DNA of 64,000 bases from Vicinamibacteria bacterium (GTDB lineage Bacteria > Acidobacteriota > Vicinamibacteria > Marinacidobacterales > Marinacidobacteraceae). Below the pieces are notes generated by a model. It made no database searches. It worked only from the letters and a program-made list of their open reading frames with translations, and was not told the origin of the DNA. Positions within the stretch are counted from its first letter, which is position 1, and every line of letters starts with the position of its first letter. The DNA lies in the NCBI GenBank assembly GCA_963422395.1, contig OY729431.1, positions 2,112,001 through 2,176,000 on the forward strand. Reading direction: 5' to 3'. Below, piece by piece: positions 49,897 to 64,000 of the stretch. The translations under genes were made by a program, and so were the position numbers.

Positions 49897-50306
49897 GGAT
49901 CACTTCTCCATTTCGTGGTGACCGGCGAAAAGCCGAAACGCGCCCGCCGTCCGGATACGGCAAACTCCGGCCGCGGCGGAGCGTCCCGCGCAAGGCGCGC
50001 CCCACCGGGCGGCAAACCTTCTCGAAGGCCCTTTCGAACGCCCTCTCCTGGAAGACCCCTCGGGGATGCTGTCAGGGAAGAACCTCATGGGCCCACCCGA
50101 AACCGCGGCCTGATACATCGAAATTCTACCAGAGCGCGGCGCTCCCCGGCCTCGGCTGCGGCGATTCCGCTCGGCGGGGCGGAGTGAGGCTTCCGCCTCC
50201 TCGTCGCGGGATATGGAGAACCCCTCCCCGAACCGCATGCCGGCACTCACGGTCTTTCTCCACCGACTGTTACACTCGCCCGCCGGCGCGCGGCCAAACC
50301 TTCCCC

Positions 50307-51161
50307 TTGCAACCTCCTCGCGGTGTCCGGGCAGCTGCTTGGGCTGCCGTCGGGCTGTTCTCGGGTGCTCCCGCAGCTGCCGAGCCCGAAGTCCGGGACC
50401 TCCAGTATCCCGTGGATGTCGCGGTTTCGGAGACCGGCGGGATCTTCGTGGCGGATCTGGAAGCCGCGGCGCTCCTACGCTGGAACGGAAGTGGATTCGA
50501 GGTGGTGGCCCGAGGCGAGGGGCTCCCCCGCACGCCGCTCTACGGGATCCGGCACATCGTCCCCGACAGGGACGGCTCCGTGCTGGCCAGCGATCCCGCG
50601 ACGATGGCGCTGTACCGCATCGCCTCCAGCGGTGAAATCACCCAGATCCCCGATGACGACGGTTTCGTCACTCCCTGGGGCATCGCGATCACTCCGGAAG
50701 GAGAGCTGTTGGCCGTGGACCGGGTCACCCACCGCTTGAGGCGGGTTCGGCCCGATTCGGTGGAAGATGTGGCCATGATTCGCGCGCCGCGCGCGATCCT
50801 CCCCGGCAGCGACGGTTCGCTCCATCTGCTGACCGACCGGAATGTGCTGCGTCTGGAGGGGGGCGAATCCGAACCCTTGGTGACTTCACCTCCGTTCGAA
50901 TTCCCCCACGACTTCGTTCGCGTCCCCGACGGGGACTTCTTCGTGACCGACGGCTACGCGAAATGTGTCTGGCGGGTGACCCCCGAAGGAAGGGTTTCGG
51001 TGCTGGCCCGCGGAGAACCGCTCGTCAGTCCCCAAGGAGTCGCACTGTCGAACGATGGGGACCTGCTCGTCGCAGACGCCCACGCCCGCGCCGTGTTCCG
51101 CATCTCTCTCTCCGGTGGAGTCCGCCGGCTCGGAGAAGGCGACCCGCGCGATTTTCGATGA
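50307..51161 (+). CDS. Secreted NHL/SMP-30-type beta-propeller protein
   Basis: Repeats P.DVAVSETG.IFVAD, PWGIAITPEG.LL, PHDF...DG.FFVTD and PQGVALSNDG.LLVAD. Start approximate (TTG). Confidence 0.75.
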   Translation: MQPPRGVRAAAWAAVGLFSGAPAAAEPEVRDLQYPVDVAVSETGGIFVADLEAAALLRWNGSGFEVVARGEGLPRTPLYGIRHIVPDRDGSVLASDPATMALYRIASSGEITQIPDDDGFVTPWGIAITPEGELLAVDRVTHRLRRVRPDSVEDVAMIRAPRAILPGSDGSLHLLTDRNVLRLEGGESEPLVTSPPFEFPHDFVRVPDGDFFVTDGYAKCVWRVTPEGRVSVLARGEPLVSPQGVALSNDGDLLVADAHARAVFRISLSGGVRRLGEGDPRDFR

Positions 51162-51176
51162 AAGGAGCCCGCGGAG

Positions 51177-52544
51177 ATGCATGAACGCGGAAGTTGGGGG
51201 TCGCGCCCCGGTTTCATCCTCGCCGCCACCGGGTCGGCCGTAGGCCTCGGCAACATCTGGGGATTTCCGACGCAGGCGGGACAAGGCGGCGGCGCCGCCT
51301 TCGTCCTCGTCTATCTGCTGTGCGTGGCCCTGATCTGCACTCCGATCGTCCTCGCCGAGACGATTCTCGGACGGTACTGCCAGCTCGGTCCGGCTGGAGC
51401 GGTGCGCCGCATCGCGCCGCACGGCTCATGGTGGGTCATCGGAATCCTGGCGGTGGCCGCGGGCACCTTCATCCTGTCCTTCTATGCGGTGATCGCCGGC
51501 TGGACGATCCAGTACCTCTGGCTTTCGGTGACCGGGCGGCTCGCGGGCGACGCCGCCGGAGCGCAGCAGCTGTTCGAGGCAGTGAGCGGCAATGGACTCC
51601 ACAGCGTCCTGTTCACCGGCCTCTTCCTGGGACTCACCGCCGTTTGCGTTTCCCGCGGAGTGAGGCGCGGGATCGAGGCCGCTTCGCGGCTCATGATGCC
51701 GCTCCTGCTGCTCCTGCTCGTCGTGCTCGCCATCCGAGCGGTCACGCTGCCGGGAGCGCTGGAGGGGCTCTCGTATTACTTGCGGCCCGATCTGTCGAAA
51801 GCATTCGATCCGACGATCATCCAGTCGGCGCTCGGACAGGCGTTCTTCTCGCTGAGCCTGGGCATGGGGGCTCTCATCACCTACGGGAGCTATGTGAACC
51901 GGAACCAGTCGGTGACCGGTGCATCGCTCGCGATCGTGGGAATCGATACTTCGATCGCCCTGCTCGCCGGGTTCGTCATCTTTCCCGCAGGCTTCTCGAT
52001 CGCCGGATTCGACCCGGCGGCGAGCGGTCCCGGACTCATCTTCCAGGTTCTGCCCCAACTGTTCGCGACCCTGCCAGGCGGCCTCTTGTTCGGAGCCGCG
52101 TTTTTCCTGCTGTTGTCGCTGGCCGCCTTCACCTCGACGATCTCCCTGCTCGAAGTCCCCACCGCCCACTTCATCGACGAGTGGCGTCTCTCCCGCCGGA
52201 AAGCGGTGGCCGTGATCACCGGGTTCACTTTCGCGGTTTCGATCCCGTCCGCGCTTTCCCACGGCGCTTCGCCCTTCTTCAGCGACCTTCCGCTGCTCGG
52301 CGGAACCTTCTTCGACCTGATGGTCGACCTCTGGAACAACAACGCACTCCCGATCGGGGGGTTCCTGATCAGCCTGTTCGTCGGTTGGAAGTGGGGGACG
52401 AAGCACGCCGCACGAGAGATGCGGCGCGACGGTGCCGGCTTCTCGGGACCGACGATCTGGGGTTTCCTGATCCGCTTCGTTTCTCCGGCAGCGATCCTCG
52501 TCGTCATCATCCAGAACCTGCGCACTCTGCTTTCAGGAGCTTGA
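51177..52544 (+). CDS. NSS-family sodium-dependent transporter
   Basis: Motifs GFILAATGSAVGLGNIW.FP, ALGQAFFSLSLGMG and GPGLIF. Confidence 0.92.
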   Translation: MHERGSWGSRPGFILAATGSAVGLGNIWGFPTQAGQGGGAAFVLVYLLCVALICTPIVLAETILGRYCQLGPAGAVRRIAPHGSWWVIGILAVAAGTFILSFYAVIAGWTIQYLWLSVTGRLAGDAAGAQQLFEAVSGNGLHSVLFTGLFLGLTAVCVSRGVRRGIEAASRLMMPLLLLLLVVLAIRAVTLPGALEGLSYYLRPDLSKAFDPTIIQSALGQAFFSLSLGMGALITYGSYVNRNQSVTGASLAIVGIDTSIALLAGFVIFPAGFSIAGFDPAASGPGLIFQVLPQLFATLPGGLLFGAAFFLLLSLAAFTSTISLLEVPTAHFIDEWRLSRRKAVAVITGFTFAVSIPSALSHGASPFFSDLPLLGGTFFDLMVDLWNNNALPIGGFLISLFVGWKWGTKHAAREMRRDGAGFSGPTIWGFLIRFVSPAAILVVIIQNLRTLLSGA

Positions 52545-52548
52545 GAAC

Positions 52549-53934
52549 ATGACCGAATTCATCGCCTGGGCATCGAACGCCATCTACCAGTGGTACGCGC
52601 TGCCGCTCCTACTCGTCGCCTGCGGGCTGTACCTCACGATCCGGACCGGATTCGTCCAGATCCGCGGCTTCGGCGCCGGGGTCCGGCGAGTCATCTCCGG
52701 GATGTCCCACGACCAGCAGGGAGCCGAAGGAGAGATCACCCCGTTCCAGGCGCTCTCCACCGCCCTGGCTTCCACCGTCGGCAACGGAAACATCGGCGGC
52801 GTCGCTACCGCGATCCTCGTCGGGGGGCCCGGGGCCATCTTCTGGATGTGGGTCACCGCGGTCTTCGGCATGGCGACCAAGTACGCCGAAGCGGTACTCG
52901 GCGTCACCTACCGGGTGCGGAAGGAGTCGGGCGCGTTCGCCAGCGGCCCGATGTATTACATCGTCGCGGGGATCCGCTGGCGGGGAGTGGCGAAAGTGCT
53001 GGCGGTCATGTTCTGCGTCTTCGGCGCCGCGACCGCACTTCTCGGCACCGGAAACATGGCGCAGTCGAACACCATCGTGCGGACTTTCGTGGAGGCCGCT
53101 GCCGGCTTCGGCTGGGAAGTGTCCCCCTGGGTTCCGGGGATCATCATCACCGCGGCGGTGGGCATGGTCCTGCTCGGCGGCATCCACCGAATCGCCTCGG
53201 TGGCAGAGAAGCTCGTCCCCACGATGCTCGTCCTCTATCTGGGCATGTCGCTGACCTACCTGCTCCTCAACTTCGGAGCGCTGCCCGGCGTCTTCGCAGT
53301 GATCTTCGAGCACGCTTTTTCGCCGCAAGCCGCCGCCGGCGGCTTTCTCGGAGCCTCCGTCCGCCAGGCCATCGCCGCCGGAATCAGTCGGGGGGTCCTG
53401 TCGAACGAGGCCGGGCTGGGCAGCGCTCCGATCGCCCACGGAATCGCCCAGGTGAAACACCCGACCGACCAGGGGCTCGTGGGTGTCTTCGAGGTCTTCA
53501 TCGACACCATCGTGGTCTGCAGCATGACCGCTTTCGCCATCCTCTCCTCGGGCCTCTGGACGGCCGCCGAGTATCAGAGTGCGAGCGGCGACCTCACCGC
53601 GGCGGCGTTTTCCACCGCCTTCGGATTCGCTCCGGTGGTGATCGCGATCTGTTCCTTCCTCTTCGGGTTCTCGACGATCATCGGCTGGTACTACTACGGA
53701 GAAACCTGCTGGGAGTACATGTTCGGACAGAAGGGCATCTTTCCCTACCGGGTGCTCTATGTGGCGCTGCTGCTCATCGGCGGCCTGGTGACGGTGGAAA
53801 CCGTGTGGAATGTGGGCACGCTGCTGAACGGCTTCATGGCCTTTCCGAACCTGATCGGGCTCCTCTTCCTCGGGGGCATGGTGGCGAAGAAGACCCGCGA
53901 GTACTACTCGGGAAGGACGGGGGAGACCCGATGA
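52549..53934 (+). CDS. AGCS-family alanine/glycine:cation symporter
   Basis: Motifs TPFQAL..ALASTVG.GNI.GVA, GGPGAIFWMW, SNEAGLGSAP and DTIVVC. Confidence 0.93.
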   Translation: MTEFIAWASNAIYQWYALPLLLVACGLYLTIRTGFVQIRGFGAGVRRVISGMSHDQQGAEGEITPFQALSTALASTVGNGNIGGVATAILVGGPGAIFWMWVTAVFGMATKYAEAVLGVTYRVRKESGAFASGPMYYIVAGIRWRGVAKVLAVMFCVFGAATALLGTGNMAQSNTIVRTFVEAAAGFGWEVSPWVPGIIITAAVGMVLLGGIHRIASVAEKLVPTMLVLYLGMSLTYLLLNFGALPGVFAVIFEHAFSPQAAAGGFLGASVRQAIAAGISRGVLSNEAGLGSAPIAHGIAQVKHPTDQGLVGVFEVFIDTIVVCSMTAFAILSSGLWTAAEYQSASGDLTAAAFSTAFGFAPVVIAICSFLFGFSTIIGWYYYGETCWEYMFGQKGIFPYRVLYVALLLIGGLVTVETVWNVGTLLNGFMAFPNLIGLLFLGGMVAKKTREYYSGRTGETR

Positions 53935-54276
53935 ACGATCGTGTGCCCGTTTCGCCTTCGCATCCCGTCCCGCCTCATGGGCGGCGGCGAAGTTCTACGC
54001 TATGAGCGCAGGCTGCTAGCCCGTGGAGACGCCCGTGGAGACGGTCGTCGTCACCGGGGGGTCGGAGTTCGGGCCGATGTGGAGAAGCACGTCGGCCTGA
54101 ACTCCGGACCTACCTGATCCGGTGGATGTCGGGTGTGTCGATGGCGCTGACCGCGCTGGGCGCGCTCATCGCCGCTCTGGCCGAACTGCTCCGGCAGCCG
54201 CGTGAAGGCTGCCGGACACCCGCCGAGGCACCCGGGCGGTTGGGGGCCGGTGCCCGCCGGAGACGATACACGGACG

Positions 54277-57861
<3,585 letters not shown>

Positions 57862-57908
57862 CCCGCCCCCCGGACAGGATCCGGCGCACCCCTACATAGA
57901 CTCTCCCC

Positions 57909-60900
57909 ATGGCCCTCACGAACCACGAACGCGTCGGGAAGGCGCTCACGCTGCTCAGAACGGGACTCGGTCCGTTCGTCGAACGTGAGCTGCAAGGCGC
58001 TGTCAAGGCGAAGTCCCTGCACCTCGAGGTGTTGGCCGAGTTCCGCAAGGACCCCCAGTTCGGAAAACAGCGCATCGCGAAATGGGACGCCGCGGCGCTG
58101 CTCAAGGTGATGCTGGACAACTGGAATTTCGTCTTCAAGGCGATTCTCGGCCCGGCGGAGCGCGGGTTCGTGGGGGAACTGCGCGGCCACCGCAACCGCT
58201 GGGCGCACCAGCACCCGTTCTCGAGCGATGACGCCTACCGCGTCCTGGATACCGCAGCGCGGCTGCTCGAGGCCGTCTCCGCGGCCGAAGCCGGCGAAGT
58301 CGAAAAACTCAAACAGGATCTGCTGCGCGTCCTCTACGACGAGGACGCGCAGGCCCGCCCGGAGCGGCGTAAGAAGGCGAGCCTGCCGCTCACGAGCGCC
58401 GCCGGCCCCCTGAAGCCGTGGCGCGAGGTAGTGACGCCGCACCCGGACGTCGCGAACGGCCGGTACCGACAGGCCGAGTTCGCCGCCGATCTGTGGCAGG
58501 TGCACCTCGGCGAGGGGACCGCCGAGTACCGCGATCCCGCGGAGTTCTACCGGCGCACCTACCTGACCGAAAGCCTCCGGGGAATGCTGGTCGGCGCCGT
58601 GCGCCGGGTGGCCGGGGAGGGCGGCGACCCGGTGATCCAGCTTCAGACCAACTTCGGCGGGGGCAAGACCCACTCGATGCTCGCGCTCTACCACCTGTTC
58701 TCCGGCACCCCGCCGAGCGAGCTGGGTGGAGTGGACGCGCTGATCCGCGAATCCAGCGCAGCGAGCCTGCCGGAGGTACGGCGGGTGGTGATCGTCGGTA
58801 ACAAGATCTCGCCCGGAAACCCGGTCACGAAACCCGACGGGACGGTGGTCCGCACGCTCTGGGGCGAGCTCGCGTGGCAGTTGGGCGGGCCGTCGGCCTA
58901 CGAGCGCATCGCCCGGGACGACGAACGCGCCACGAACCCCGGGGACGCGCTGCGGGAACTCCTCGTCGAACACGGGCCGTGCCTGATCCTGATCGACGAG
59001 TGGGTCGCCTACGCCCGGCAGCTTCACGAAGACAGCGACCTGCCCGGCGGCAGCTTCGAAACCCAGTTCAGCTTCGCGCAGGCGCTCACGGAATCGGCGA
59101 AGCTGGCCGAAAACTGCCTGCTGGTCATCAGCCTGCCGGCATCGGACACCCAAGCCTCGCCGCACATCCAGGCCGACGATCTGGAAGTGGGAGGGCAGCG
59201 GGGGCGGGAGGCGCTGAGCCGGCTCCGGAACGTCGTGGGCCGGATCGAGTCGTCCTGGCGCCCGGCGAGCGCCGAGGAGGGGTTCGAGATCGTCCGGCGG
59301 CGGCTCTTCGAGCCCCTGGATCCGGTACATCACGAGGACCGGGACGCGGCCGCGCGGGCCTTCAGCGACTTCTACCGGCGGCAGCCGAACGAGTTTCCTC
59401 GGGAGTGCCGGGAGACGGACTACCGGAAAAGGCTGCAGTCCGCCTACCCGATCCACCCGGAGATCTTCGACCGCCTCCATACGGACTGGTCCGCGCTGGT
59501 CACCTTCCAGCGGACCCGGGGCGTGCTGCGGCTGATGGCGGCGGTCGTGCACCGCCTGTGGGCGGACGGCGACGGCCACCCGCTCATCCTCCCGGCGCAC
59601 CTGCCGATGGACGATCCCCCGGTGCAATCGGAACTGACCCGCTACCTGCCTGACCGGGATCAATGGGATCCGGTCATCGCCAAGGACGTGGACGGGCCGC
59701 GGTCGCTCCCGGTGCGGACCGACGGCAAGTTCCCGAATCTGGGGAAGAGCTCCGCCTGCCGGCGCGTCGCCCGCACCGTCTATCTGGGGTCGGCGCCCAC
59801 CGCGGGTTCGGCGCACCGCGGCATCGAGGACCGCCGCATCCGGCTGGGGTGCGCTCTGCCCCAGGAGTCCACGGCGCCCATCGGCGACGCCCTCCGGCGG
59901 CTGGCGGGTGAGGCCACCTACCTCTACCAGGACGGTTCCCGCTACTGGTACGACACGCGCCCGACGGTCACCAAGCTGGCGGGAGACCGCGCGGAACAGT
60001 TGAAGGGCGATCCGAAAGCGGCCGAGGCGATCCGCAGCCGGCTGCGGCAGGCCCTCCAGCAGTTGGGCGGGTTTTCCCGGATCCACACCGCCCCGCAGTC
60101 CGCGCACGACGTCCCCGACGAGCTCGAGACGCGGCTGGTGGTGCTCGGAACCGACTGCCCGCATCAGCGGGGCGCCGCCGATTCTCCCGCGCAGACGGCG
60201 GCCCGGGAGATCCTCGAATCCCGGGGGAACGCGCCGCGCCTCTACCGCAACACCCTGGTGTTCCTCGCTCCCGACGAGACCCGGCTCCAGGACCTCGACG
60301 AGGCAGTGCGCCGTCACCTCGCCTGGGAGTCCATCCTGGAAGAGCGGGAGGCGCTCGATATCTCGCCGCACCAGGTGAAACAGGCGAAAACCCAGCAGAA
60401 CGCCGCGGACGCCACCGTGGCCGCCCGGTTGCCGGAGACGTATCAGTGGCTTTTGACACCCGTCCAGAAGAACCCCGACGATCCGGTCACATGGGAATCC
60501 GCACGGCTCACGGGGACGCGGGAACTGGCGGAGCGGGCCTTCCGCTGGCTCCAGAATGACAGCTTGCTCGTCCCGCGCCTCGCGGGAAGCCTCCTGAGGA
60601 CGGAGCTCGACCGCGTACCCCTGTGGCGCGGCGGCGACCATGTAGCCCTGCAGCAGGTCATCCAGGACTTCGCCAGTTACCTCAACCTCCCGCGGCTGCT
60701 CGGTCCCGAAGTGCTGGTGCGCGCCGTCGAGGAGGCCGTCAGCTCACTGACCTGGGACTCCGACGGGGTCGGATACGCGGACGGTTTCGACGAGGCCGGC
60801 GGACGGTATCGGGGCCTCCGCGCCCGACAGACGATCGGGCTGGACGCCGGCGCGGCGGGGTTGCTGGTCAGGCCCGCCGCGGCGCGGCGGCAACTCGAAC

Positions 60901-61247
60901 GGGAGAAACCGACTCCGTCCACCGGCCCCGGTCCCGATGAATCAGCGGTTGGCCCCGGGGAACCAGCGGTTGATCCTGATGCGCCGCCCGTCGGCACTCC
61001 CGATGAACCCGCGCCGACCCGCTACCACGGCAGCGTCGTCCTCGACGCGGCGCGCGCCGGGCTGGAAGCGAGCCGGGTGGCCGAGGAGGTCGTCACCCAC
61101 CTCGCCGTACTTCCGGGAGCGAGCGTCCGGGTGACGCTGGAGATCGAAGCCGGCTTGCCCGACGGCACCCCGGATCACGTCGTGCGCGTCGTCACCGAGA
61201 ACAGCCGCTCGCTTCGTTTCGCCAGCCACGGGTTCGAACGCGACTGA
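57909..61247 (+). CDS. DUF499 AAA+ ATPase with N-terminal Swt1-like HEPN domain
   Basis: HEPN RxxxxH (RNRWAH), PWREVVTPH.DV, EFAADL, Walker A QTNFGGGKTH, Walker B ILIDE, YPIHPE and FQRTRGVLRLM. Confidence 0.9.
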   Translation: MALTNHERVGKALTLLRTGLGPFVERELQGAVKAKSLHLEVLAEFRKDPQFGKQRIAKWDAAALLKVMLDNWNFVFKAILGPAERGFVGELRGHRNRWAHQHPFSSDDAYRVLDTAARLLEAVSAAEAGEVEKLKQDLLRVLYDEDAQARPERRKKASLPLTSAAGPLKPWREVVTPHPDVANGRYRQAEFAADLWQVHLGEGTAEYRDPAEFYRRTYLTESLRGMLVGAVRRVAGEGGDPVIQLQTNFGGGKTHSMLALYHLFSGTPPSELGGVDALIRESSAASLPEVRRVVIVGNKISPGNPVTKPDGTVVRTLWGELAWQLGGPSAYERIARDDERATNPGDALRELLVEHGPCLILIDEWVAYARQLHEDSDLPGGSFETQFSFAQALTESAKLAENCLLVISLPASDTQASPHIQADDLEVGGQRGREALSRLRNVVGRIESSWRPASAEEGFEIVRRRLFEPLDPVHHEDRDAAARAFSDFYRRQPNEFPRECRETDYRKRLQSAYPIHPEIFDRLHTDWSALVTFQRTRGVLRLMAAVVHRLWADGDGHPLILPAHLPMDDPPVQSELTRYLPDRDQWDPVIAKDVDGPRSLPVRTDGKFPNLGKSSACRRVARTVYLGSAPTAGSAHRGIEDRRIRLGCALPQESTAPIGDALRRLAGEATYLYQDGSRYWYDTRPTVTKLAGDRAEQLKGDPKAAEAIRSRLRQALQQLGGFSRIHTAPQSAHDVPDELETRLVVLGTDCPHQRGAADSPAQTAAREILESRGNAPRLYRNTLVFLAPDETRLQDLDEAVRRHLAWESILEEREALDISPHQVKQAKTQQNAADATVAARLPETYQWLLTPVQKNPDDPVTWESARLTGTRELAERAFRWLQNDSLLVPRLAGSLLRTELDRVPLWRGGDHVALQQVIQDFASYLNLPRLLGPEVLVRAVEEAVSSLTWDSDGVGYADGFDEAGGRYRGLRARQTIGLDAGAAGLLVRPAAARRQLEREKPTPSTGPGPDESAVGPGEPAVDPDAPPVGTPDEPAPTRYHGSVVLDAARAGLEASRVAEEVVTHLAVLPGASVRVTLEIEAGLPDGTPDHVVRVVTENSRSLRFASHGFERD

Positions 61248-61292
61248 CCACGGGGTCGGGATCCGGGCAGCGGCTCCCGCCCGAGCGGGCGG

Positions 61293-63755
<2,463 letters not shown>

Positions 63756-63761
63756 GGACCG

Positions 63762-64000
63762 TTACGCTCCCAGGACCCGGACCAGACCGGGCCGGCCAAC
63801 GCGGCGGGCGGCTCGTCGGTCGGCCGTGAGCCATACCCCGTTCGCCAGTGCAGCCAATGCCGCGTACACGGAGTCGTACCCCGACAGCTTCCATCGAACG
63901 GCGAAGTCAACAGCCAGCGACAACAGCTCGTGCCCGTTACCGATCCGCGTCAGTCCCAGCGCCTCGACCAGAGCCAGGGCTTCCTGGACACGCGCCGGCC
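63762..64000 (-). CDS. PIN-domain (VapC-like) toxin, 3' part (start beyond window)
   Basis: Manual translation ...AVDFAVRWKLSGYDSVYAALAALANGVWLTADRRAARR...GA*. Stop lies 6 bp before the methylase ATG. Not in the supplied ORF track. Confidence 0.75.
   Translation of the reverse strand, partial: PARVQEALALVEALGLTRIGNGHELLSLAVDFAVRWKLSGYDSVYAALAALANGVWLTADRRAARRVGRPGLVRVLGA

Noticed and set aside
49897-50306. Na+-sensing riboswitch or small gene upstream of hppA
   Set aside because: No recognisable consensus or credible ORF by eye. It needs a covariance-model search.

Overview
GC-rich bacterial chromosomal window (about 70% GC by eye); gene content suggests Acidobacteriota or a similar lineage, which is an inference. 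Positions 1-54 kb are mostly housekeeping, transport and catabolic genes: an ASPIC/UnbV protein with an octaheme cytochrome, FetAB-like ABC, ahcY, tpx, a CarD-like protein followed by xseA-xseB-ispA-nadK, BON and EVE proteins, a hydantoin/carbamoylase catabolic neighbourhood, djlA, hppA and Na+-symporters. This part holds one complete IS1182-family element with a CTAG target duplication and two families of non-coding repeats. Family A is a MITE with IS1182-like ends, including a 3x173-bp head-to-tail array. Family B is a ~243-bp multi-hairpin element with covarying stems, including a 3x array. The two families form mosaics. Positions 54-64 kb are a defence island: SNF2 helicase-DUF3883 nuclease, HEPN-DUF499 ATPase, a convergent and apparently damaged DUF1156 methylase with a low-GC internal cassette, and a VapC-like toxin. 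Other notable signals are a tandem-fused double XseB ending in an SSB-like acidic-Pro-Phe tail, and strong depletion of ACGT in resident genes but not in the island. No rRNA, tRNA or CRISPR array was seen.
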